A stretch of 64,000 nucleotides of DNA from Azolla caroliniana (taxonomy: Eukaryota; Plantae; Polypodiophyta): the NCBI GenBank assembly GCA_043228905.1, contig JBHGNT010000021.1:10850001-10914000 (forward strand). Reading direction: 5' to 3'. A model generated the notes under the pieces. The model searched no databases. It was not told the DNA's origin and was given only the letters and a program-made list of their open reading frames with translations. The first letter of the stretch is position 1; every line of letters begins with the position of its first letter. Below are positions 12,470-22,392 of the stretch, one piece after another. A program made the position numbers and the translations under genes.

Positions 12470-15194
12470 ATGGAACCACAAACGCTGTCGGAAGCGGCCA
12501 GGAAATGGTTCAGGCAACACGGATTGGATGGGTTCTTGACCATCATGGAGGCACCACCGCACAAAGAAGCCGACCGGGTCATCAAGGAGCTCGACACGGA
12601 AGTCATCACCGAGGAAGCGATCCGTGCGCTAACAGGCCTTCCGGAGGGAGGTATTTTTCAGATTGATAACCCAACCTCGGAGCAACTCATCCGATATTTC
12701 GGTGAGTACTCTGTAGCCGGCAAAGGCTATCGAACGCAGGGCGGCGAAGATCCGCTATTCAGGGAGATAGCTCGAGTGCTCCATGAGTACGGCCACGTGT
12801 ACCCCCGACCCCCTGTCATGCCAAAAAATCGGGGCAGGGATGATCATAGCCACCTATGAAGGGATCAAGGTGGACTGGCCGATGTTGATTGCAGACGGTT
12901 TGTGCGCGGCAATCGACATGGTACGAGGGAAGGACAGTAAGGAGGGCCGGAAGCTGTGGCATGCCGTAGCTCAGTGGATAACATTGCTCGTGCCGCCGGT
13001 CGAGACCGTTCAGCCAAAGAAGCGGCCAAGATTATCGGAAGGAAGCACTTCGAAACCCGCGTCCAAACGACAGCAGCTGCTGGCGTCAAAGGCGACGAAA
13101 GGGAAGAAACGGCTCCCAGAACCGGAGGAGGTGTCACCGGTGGGACCCGTTAAGATAACCATACGGCGACCAGGACAGAAGGAACCGGAACCCCTGAGCG
13201 CACAGAAACATGCCGTTACCCAGGAAGAGAAAACGGAGGAGCCAGAAGAGCACCTCCAACGACGGTCAAGAAGTAGGACCGCCGGGACAGAGGGGGAGCG
13301 TTCGGACCCGCAAAAGGAAGAAACGCCCCCAACTCAACCTGAGCAAACCACAAGGGAGGAACCGGAACCGGTGCGTATAGAACCGGCCTTGTCGACTTCT
13401 ATACCAGAAGTCATTCCAACGGCTCCGGAGACGGCGAGAACCGGAACTCAACAGCCGGCGAGCCCAGCCAGCACACACGGCGGCCAAGGAGTAGAACCAG
13501 AACGACAGATACAGGCACTCAGGCCAGACAATTCCACAGTGAACGAGCCGACCCGACCAGTACAGCAGCAAGGCACCAGTAGCATGTGGCTACGGTGGGT
13601 AGGCGAGCAGATCGCCGGAGCGGTCGAGTACATAGAGGCGGAGGAGAGAGCGCACCACGAACGGTTGCTCGTCACAACCGTAGATCTAGAGACGGCCCGA
13701 TCCAGAATCCGGAGCCTTGAACAAGACTTGGACAGGGTCACAAGGGAAATGGCTCAATTGGCTTTGACAACACAAGTCCAAGCACCGGTGACTCCGGGCA
13801 ATGTACAGAATAAAGCGTCAGATCAACCTGTACATAGCAATCAGACCCCGGCAACGGAAACCGTTCCGGAGAGAAATGCGGCACAAGCCCAAGAGCTTGC
13901 GGACTTAAAGGATGAGCTAGCTGCCCAAGAAGCGCTAAGGAGCCGCGAAAGAGAGTTGAAGACGGCAGCGGAGGCAGAACTCAAAAAGACTGCTGAGAAT
14001 CTACGCCGGGCCGAGGAGAGCTTACGAAAAGGCCACCAAGCGTACGACCGGCTCAAGGAGGATAAGGAGAAAATGCTGCAAGAGAAGGACAGGCTCCGGA
14101 GAAACGCCGAAACAGAAGTAGAGCGCCTGAAAGAGGAACTCCGGCAGCTAAAGGAACGGGAGGACCGGAACCATCGCCAGATCAACGGCAAGCTCAAACA
14201 AAAAACGGAGGAATTTGAGCACTTGCACCGGGAGTATAAACGGTTGCAAACGGAGCACAAGGAATGGACGGATGAGCTCCGGCAAGTAGTTGATCGGACC
14301 GCAACGGCATACGCTAAGGAACAAGCGGAAACCAGAAGACGGTTGGAAGAGGCGGAGAAGGTTCGGACAGAGCTCCTCAGGCAACAGCAGGTGGAAAAAG
14401 AAAGAGCGGCGGAGGTACTGCAGAGGCTGCAGACAACATATCAAGGGCAGCTGACGCGCTACAGAGAGCAGGCGGAGGATACGGCGAATCTCATCAAGCA
14501 GTTGAAGGAGGAACGACAAGTTGTGGAAAGTAGAGCGCAAATGGGAGCAAGTCGCATCCAGGATATCATGCGGGCCTGGTTGAACCAGACCAAGAGCTTG
14601 ATTGACAACGGTTCCGTCAAATGGTGGACCAAGTGGGCCACGAACGCGGCGGAACTCCAATTGCTCCGGGCCGACGTAGAGAACCGGCGGAAGGAGGGAG
14701 ATGATTGCTATATGCTGACTTCCGAAGACTTCACCGGTATAAGAGATGAGCTGGCCGAAGACTTTCAAGCCTTGGCAGAGGACCAACTAGGGCAAGTCCG
14801 GCAACTTGTAGCTCAGCTGGATGACGACAGGCTGGAGGCGCAGATCCAGTTTGAAAGCTACGAGAGGTCCCGGATCCGGGAACAGAAAGCACGAGAACCG
14901 GTTACGGTCAACCTCAGTGATGAGGAACCGTTACTGGAAGGAGACCGGACCGGAAGCAGTCAAACGGAGATGCCGGAGTCAGAGAAACAAACGGAGCAGC
15001 CGCCTATAGAGCAGCCGGAGCAGTCTCAGTCCCAACCGCAACCACAGCAGCAGCAGCAAGCAGAGCAGCCGGAGCAGCCTCAGTCCCAACCGCAACCACA
15101 GCAGCAGCAGCAAGCACAACCGCAACAACCACAACCGGAAGAACAAGTGGAAACTCTGGAACAAAGTATTTTGGACAATTTGGGTGAACAATGA
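12470..15194 (+). CDS. Element B ORF2 (~900 aa): conserved N-terminal domain, Pro/Glu linker, long coiled coil, Gln/Glu tail; one frameshift at ~12830
   Basis: MEPQTLSEAARKWFRQHGLDGFL..YFGEYS..KGYRTQGG..MPKNR|AGMIIATYEGIKVDW; homologues in A, C, G and H. Confidence 0.88.
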
Positions 15195-15206
15195 AGGGGC
15201 CGAGAA

Positions 15207-15246
15207 GGGTTCGACGTACAAGGTACTGTCCCACGGGCGTGCCATG
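15207..15246 (+). other. tRNA-Arg 3'-end-like motif (inverted PBS) at the PPT position of B
   Basis: GGGTTCGA CGTACAAGGTACTGT CCCACGGGCGTGCCA TG, then the LTR; no purine tract adjoins the LTR. Confidence 0.85.
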
Positions 15247-15665
15247 TGTTACCGGCCGGCAAGGAGTCCAAAATACGGAGTGAAGGAATTAATTAAGTAT
15301 GGTTGTAAGTAAGCATAGTATGGACGGACGGACTGGAAACGGTATGCCGTTCCAGATCCGAACGGATCCCGAATAGGTGCGATAGGCACCGTTTTGTACT
15401 ACGGGCCGGAAACCTATTTAAAGGCCCGGACCCCATTGTAATCGCAGCGGATAATTAATAGAGCATATGGTGTTTATACTTCTGTGTTGATTTCCGTTCT
15501 GTACTTACTGTTATATCTTACGCGTGTAATTAACAAAAGCGATCTAATCGTGTAACCTACATAAGTCGGTGTAATCGTTGGATCTTAATCCTATGCCGTA
15601 ATCACCCTTTGGTGAAGTGTTTCCGTGACACCTTGTGTTAGGCCTTGTCCGGTCAGAGAATAACA
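15247..15665 (+). repeat. Element B 3' LTR
   Basis: Matches 5809-6227; followed by TSD CCTAT. Confidence 0.97.
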
Positions 15666-16845
15666 CCTATCTTAGATATCTCTAGGTTAGGAAACACTTA
15701 ACACAGTTTTAGTACTAACCAAAGATACTTTTCACCATAAATTGTATGTAAAAGATATCTAAACAAAACACCGAGATTAAGAGCTTTGTCATTGCAAACT
15801 CATAAGAAAACCAAAGATGATATATTTCCATTCATTTGTAGGCCAGAATTTACGATACATGCGAATGTTACATATGAACAGTGTTTGCCATTCTAAGAAT
15901 TAAAGAGGGAGACCTCCCCCAATATGTGTTCGTGAACCTCTTTGGGGAACTTGTAGACAGTGTTGTATCCCTTAACCTTGTGTTTTGCTTGACTCATAGA
16001 GAACTTGATTGCGTTGACAACATTCAGATAGATTATTGTAGTGGGTGCATCTTTTAATAATGCATACGTGTTCTTGCATTGTGGTAACTTTGCATAGTAG
16101 TTGCCATACATGACACACTCACCAACGTTGAACATGTTGCCCCAACCGTCCCTCACGACTTCTTCCAATATTGTATTTCCTTGATTGCACACCACAATGT
16201 AGTAGTCTTCAAAATCTTCATTTTGAGGAGATTTGAGCACTGCAAAATGATCTCCAACTTCCAATAATACTGTCAAGTCCTCACATTGGTTGTAGTGTAC
16301 AATATTGTCTGCATGTTCGTCTTCTTGGATATCCACACATTGTTCAATCTCAAGCTTCTGTAGCTTCCATGGCTCCACAATTGATAGATTGGTGCATTCA
16401 TCCCAAGCTTCATCTAAACACATGGAACAAAAGCACGATAAACTGCGGAATAACAATTGTGTTGTGTCCCTGCAACTAAACCCTAAAACACAATGGGTCT
16501 TGTGCGTCCCTTTCATAGTTTTACAACCATACGATTTACTCTTATCCACCTCATTAGCACCAACCTCAATAAACAATCTATTCTTACCATCATTTGACAT
16601 CTTCCATGTTAGCCACTCCACAACATCATGTGCATTTTGTAACTTCACACCTTTATTATCCAACTATTCACTTGTAAGAGCACGCTTGATCACAGACCCC
16701 GCACCATCGTGCTCTCCTTTTCCATTGCATCCTAATATTTGTCAATGAGAAGTATCTGGGTGTTTTGCATGACAGTTAGCCAACAAATAGAGTTAGTGCA
16801 TTACTAGAGCTTACATATCTTAACATAACTTAAACCAAAATTTCC

Positions 16846-17500
16846 ACTAATGCATGAGAGAGGACAATACTAAGTTATAAATTAAAAGAAATGAACGAGA
16901 GAGGACAATACTAAGTTATAAATTAAAAGAAATGAACGAGAGAGGATAGTACTAAGTTATTGATTAGTACTAATGCATGAGAGAGGACAATCCTAAGTTA
17001 TAACTTGGACTTAATGAGCAAAGTTGGACAGTACTAAGTTAATAATTAGTAGTAATGAACAAAGTTGGACACTCATAAGTTATAAACTTGTGTTAATGAA
17101 AAAAGTTGGACAATACTAAGTTATTATTTAGTACTAATGCACTAGAGAGACCCATCCTAATTAGTACTAATGAACAAAGTTATAAATGAGTAGTAATGAC
17201 TGAAAGAAGATAGTACTAAGTTATTCATTAGTACTAATGCACGACAGAGGACAATGCTAAGTTACAAATTAGTACTCCTACATGTGGGATGACACCACAA
17301 AGTTATCAATTAGTACTTGTGAATGCGGGATCTGAGTACTAAGTTGTAAAACATAGTCAGTGCTTGTGCATGTGGGATGATAGTTCTAAGTTGTAAAATA
17401 AGGGTACTTTACAAGGCGTTGAACCGTAGTCAGTACTTGTGCATGTGGGATGATACTACTAAGTTGTAAAATAAGGATACTTTTCAAGGCTTTGAACCAT
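16846..17500. repeat. Degenerate ~41-42-bp minisatellite inside a transposase intron
   Basis: Recurrent unit ~ACTAATGCATGAGAGAGGACAATACTAAGTTATAAATTAGT, roughly 13-15 copies. Confidence 0.85.
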
Positions 17501-18689
17501 ACATACAACACTTACACCATAATTAGTACAAACATTTCAAGACAGTATTGGTGCATGTAGTAGGAGAATTACTAATTATATTTTATACAAACATTTTTTA
17601 TGACTGTTCATATAATATTCGTACTGGTAGGAAACTCAAGCAATAGATGATGTACTATGAAGTATTACCAAAATAGACTTCCAGTTATAAATACCAATCA
17701 TATGGATTATTTCCTTACCTTGCAATAAAGTAGAAGGACCGAGCCACCTTAAATTGCGAGGCAACACCATCAGGCTAGACCCAATGGCGATAAAAGTTAA
17801 CACCCAAGGACAATAAATCTGCGTGGTGAAGCTTAAAACAATGTTGAACAAATAGCGTATCATATTTTTTATCATCTGAAATATAGAATATTGCTTTCTT
17901 ATGTAACTCACCATCTTTTCTCTAGTAGCAAATATGTACAAGTATTGTACATTGGTCATTGTACCAATGCATTGACTGAACCTCATTTTGAACTTTAAAG
18001 GTATAGTTCTCTGCAAAGTCAATAATAGATACCATAACATCCGGTGGTAAGTTATTTATACATTCCTTGAACTGTGAATTTTGCCAATAACTCCTAAAGT
18101 TATGTGGAATGAACTCCCCGAGTTGCTTCTTAAACTCTGAGACAAGGGTAGCAGCACATGTCTCCTTATATACTTCATTGATACGCTTACTAATGAGACC
18201 CTTACCTATATTTTCTGTCACATACTCTAAATATTTCCATTTCACAATATGACAGTTATCCACGTCAACCTCCTGTTTACAAAATAACGGTTGTGGGCAA
18301 ACCTTACATGTTCTGACAAGACATGTACGATTATGCCACTCAGATGACAGTTGTTTTTCACAAACAAAAGACCTCCATAGCTCAAAAACTGTTGCATAAG
18401 TCATGTTTCACGCATTACATCTATTGCCACTCCCATTTGGTCTACATACCTCACAAGTGCAAACACACCCATCCCTGTGTATACCCTTAGAATCAGTACG
18501 CATACTGTTCACGCCAAGCCTTAACATGTCCATTTTAATGTGGTGCACACAACAACATGTGTTCCTCTCCTTTAACTTTCTAACAAAAAATGGTTTCAAA
18601 CCTTGGAACATGCAAAATCCAAGATTGATGTTAGGATGTTGGTCTTTGAAGTTCATGAACAATTCAGCCTACATCACTCAATAAATAGG

Positions 18690-19069
18690 TGTTGTCTGTC
18701 TGGCCGGACTAGCCTCAACACAGGTGTCTACCCGACACTTCTCCAAAGGGGTGGTAAGGATTGGATGCTAGGTTACACGCATAAGATAATTATAATTAAG
18801 CACGGACGGCAAAAAATACGAGATACAGATAAATACACAATGATTACTATTGTATTACTTCCGTCGAAACACTTTACAAATCATCGGATCCTTTTATAGG
18901 CATCCGGCAAGGTTACAATCGGTGCGCTTAGGCAACCGACATCCGAATCGGTTCGGATCCGGATCGGTACAACTGTACCGAATCCGTCCCTCCGAATAAT
19001 AATTCTACTATTACTTCCTATTATCCGATCCGCCTTCCCACTTGTCCTTGCTCTTCTAACCGGCCAACA
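18690..19069 (-). repeat. Element C 3' LTR
   Basis: Matches 28361-28740. Confidence 0.97.
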
Positions 19070-19112
19070 CATGGCACGCCCGTGGGAAAGTGCCTTGCAC
19101 TTCGAATCCACA
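19070..19112 (-). other. tRNA-Arg 3'-end-like motif (inverted PBS) at the PPT position of C
   Basis: Minus strand GTGGATTCGA AGTGCAAGGCACTTT CCCACGGGCGTGCCA TG, then the LTR. Confidence 0.85.
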
Positions 19113-19119
19113 CCTGGCT

Positions 19120-22023
19120 TCAGTCTTCCTCCAAAATATCGAGCACACTTTGCTCGATAGTGTCAAGTGGTGCTTCTTCCTCCTGTTCCTGTTCCTTGCC
19201 TGCCTGGTCTCCGACCTCCTGTTGGGTAGGCTGTTCCGTAAAAATTTTCTGCTCCGGCTCTACTTGATTCCGTGGTGCCGGTGCTTCCTCACCGCTTCGT
19301 CCGGGTTCTTCCTGTTCTCCCTCCGTTCCTGGCTCTGTTCTGTTACCGGTGTCGCTTTCTCCGGTCTCGACTGGTCGACTTGATATGCCTCCTTCCTCTG
19401 CTCTGGTGTCTTCCGGTCTCAGCTCTTCTTCTTCTCCGGCATCGGTCCGCTCCTGCTCTTCTTCGAGTTCGTCTTCAGGTATTCTTTGTCGGGGTTGTTC
19501 GGTGTCGGTTGGTTCATCTTCATCCGGTCGTGTTCCCTCACCAATAGTGGTTGGCGTCGTTCTTCCCTTAGCTTCCTGTCGTACCCGGTCCTGCTCGTAT
19601 CTCTCCAACTCCAACTGAGTTGCGAGCTGCCCGTCATCCAACCTCTCTACCAACCCTCGGATTTCTTTGAGGTGTTCTTCTGCTAAAGTGTAGAAATCCT
19701 CCGACAATTCCTCCCGAATGGCGACGATACTTTCTTCATCCATCTTGTAGAACCTGTCGCCGGTCTTCTTCCGATTCTCGGCATCCGCTCGGAGTGTCTG
19801 CAGCTCGGCTGCCTGTTGTGACCACTCCTTCCATAGCTTTTCCGTACTTTCGTTGATACTTGCCTGAGCTCGGGTACTCCATCCTGACATGATGAGCTTG
19901 ATCCGGTCAACTCCTGACTTAGCATGCACATAAGCTTCCTGCTTTTCCTTCCTTGCCCGTTTTGTAATGTTGGCCATTATCCGAGCCTGGGCCTCGTAAT
20001 CTGCTTTCTGCTTTTCATAGGTACTCTGCAGTTTGCTGATCGTGAAGGTCGATTTTTCCTTTTCTTCATTCCTGATCTTGGTCAGGTCCAGCTTTTCCTG
20101 CCTTAGCGCCTCTAATTCCTTCCTTCCCTCCGTTGCTTGGGCTATTTCCGCCGACAATGCTTCCTTGTTGGCACTGACCTCATCCATCGCCTTAGCCAGG
20201 TCTAATCGGGTCTCCTTGAGCTGCTCTTTCAGCTTCTCTATTTGCCGGTCATAGTCTGCTGCTCGTTTTTTGTTGTCCGACTCGGCCTGCTTGTGATCTC
20301 TGTAGAGACGGTCGAAGTCCTCCGTCTTCTGCTTCAGGCGTCGGGTTGCCTGAGCTCTTAACCGATCGTCCCGGTCCTTCTGTTGTCGGAGTTCTTCCTG
20401 CAGTCGTTCTATCTCTTGTTCAGCATGTCGACGTAGTCGGTGCTTCTCCTTCTGCAGCTTCTCTTTTTCTTCTTGCAGTCGGTCATTAGCGGCTCGACCT
20501 TTCCGGAGGCCTTCTTCCATTTTTCGTCTGTCATCCTCCACCGCTTTCCGCTGCTCCCTTTCTCTTTCCCTTAATGCCTCCTGAGCTTGTAACTCCTCTC
20601 GTAAGGTTTCTATTATTTTTTCGGTCTCAGGGCCGGTTTGCAAGGCTACCGGTTCTGGTTCTGGTTCTGGTTGCTTCCTTGTTGTCCCGACCGGCTCGGT
20701 GACAGCTTGTGCTTGTTGGATTCCTTCCCTTGCCTGCAACAGCTCCCCTTGCATTTCCTCGATCCGTGTTCGGAGCGCGACCAACTCCTGCGTTGTTGTA
20801 TGCGTCAGCTGTTGCCGACACGTTTCTTCTTTCTCTAACTGGTCCGCTACTCCCGATAACTGCTCCGAAAGCCATCTCAGCCATTGCGGCTTTGTTCTTC
20901 CGATTTCGGGGTGGCCTTGCTCACTTAAGCCAGGCTGATTTTCCGGCCTCTTCTCTGGCTCTGGCTCCAGCGCTCGTTCCTTCTTCTTCTCTGGGATGAC
21001 CGGTTTTCTGAAGTCCGGCCCAACCGGTGTCGGTGCTGCTTCCCTGGGTACAGGTTCCGGTGCTATTTCCGCCTCGGCTACTGGAGATGGTCCTTGCGCC
21101 CTCTGTTGAGTTCTGTCCACTGGTGGAGCCGGTCCTTTCGCCCGTTTCTCCCGACCTTGTCTTGCTGGGAGTCTTACCAGTGGTTCGGATGAGTCTTCTG
21201 TTTCAGTTTCCTCCTCCGGTGCGGGTACCAGACGAACCTTTTGTCTAGAGACCTCTGGTTCCGGTTCCGGCCGTCGCAGCGTTATATGGATTGGTTTGCG
21301 CACTACCGGTTCCTCCTCAGCCGCTTTCCCTTTGCCTTTACCTGCCGGTTTTGCCTTTGTGGCCGGTTCCTGTTGCTGTCGTGATGGTCCTTCCCCCTAC
21401 TGTTCTGCTTCTTGCGGGGTCCATCCGGGGGTGTGTTTCTCCAAGATCTGTCGGCGCTTTGTGACCTGTTTCGGCGTCGTCTCCTGCCGACCTCTTTTCT
21501 TTTGTGTGATGGGGAGTACCGATGGGACTAACACCGTTAGCCATTGTGCTATCCCGGCCCATGGCCTTTTTCCTTCCACCAGATTTTTGATGGCCTCCTT
21601 CAATCCTTCGGTTATGAAATGGAGCCAGTCTATTTGTAAGCCCTCGTACGCTGCTATCAAGAATGCTGCCCGATACTTGGCTATGGCTGGGGGACGGGGA
21701 TTCACGAATCCGTATTCCATCATAGCGCGGGCTACTTCTCCGAACAGCAGGTTCTCTCCGCCCTACATTCGGTTCGCCTTGCTGCTGATAGAGTATTCCC
21801 CGAAATATTCGAACAGGATTTCACTCGAAGGGTTTTCGATTGTTTGCAGTCCTCCTGCTTTGATCCCCGTGATTGCCTGCACCGCTCCTTCCGTGACTTC
21901 TGATATATCGATCGATGTTGCCGCCTGCTCTGGTTCTGCGTGTGGTGGAGCGTCGGCGATCCGCAACAAGCCTTTTAACCCGTTCTCCCTCATCCATTGG
22001 CGTGCCTCTTCCGACAGTACCAT
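19120..22023 (-). pseudogene. Element C ORF2 (~968 codons, coiled coil) with two in-frame TAG stops
   Basis: ORF pieces 21763-22254, 21397-21723 and 19120-21303 share one frame; MVLSEEARQWMRENGLKGLL..YFGEYS..AYEGLQIDW. Confidence 0.88.
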
Positions 22024-22392
22024 TGCTTCGAATTCTTCGTCTGCTGCCTGGTGTTCGGGATCGCGCTGTGTGTGCTCTGTGCGTCGGGTCGCTCTTCTGT
22101 GCTTCTTCGCCTGTATGTAGGAAAATTCGTAAAACGTGAGCCCTTCGTAGGCGTCCTTTTTCGTTTCCCGCGCATGTTCCTCTCCCGCCATAATTAGTAT
22201 GTCCTTTCTTGTTTGCTGCGTGTGAGTGCCCACGTTCTCTGCTTTAAATAGCAAGTGCGCACACGTCCTTCTTTAATGCATGGCGCCTCTTCGTTGCATG
22301 GTGGCGCTCCCACCTCTTGTGATCTCCCCATCATTACGATGATTCGCGTCGATTCTGCCCACGTCTTTTTTTTTTCTTTTGCTTGGACCACG

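Larger units (their letters stand above)
5809..15665 (+). mobile_element. Element B: young full-length non-chromovirus Ty3/gypsy with an extra 3' ORF
   Basis: 419-bp LTRs with 3 differences by eye; TSD CCTAT at 5804-5808 and 15666-15670; PBS; 1770-aa gag-pol ORF. Confidence 0.98.

Noticed and set aside
12470-15194. ORF2 as a retroviral envelope protein
   Set aside because: No signal peptide or hydrophobic transmembrane segment is visible; the protein is highly charged
15193-15209. Purine-rich GAAGGGGCCGAGAAGGG as a displaced PPT of B
   Set aside because: It lies ~37 nt from the LTR, is interrupted, and is not conserved in A or C; it cannot be fully excluded without mapping plus-strand starts
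15207-15244. Functional tRNA gene before the 3' LTRs
   Set aside because: No 5' half, D-arm or anticodon arm, and the T-loop is interrupted; only a 3'-end mimic is supported
16846-17500. CRISPR-like array (also 31232-31650)
   Set aside because: Degenerate head-to-tail units without unique spacers; eukaryotic context; no cas genes
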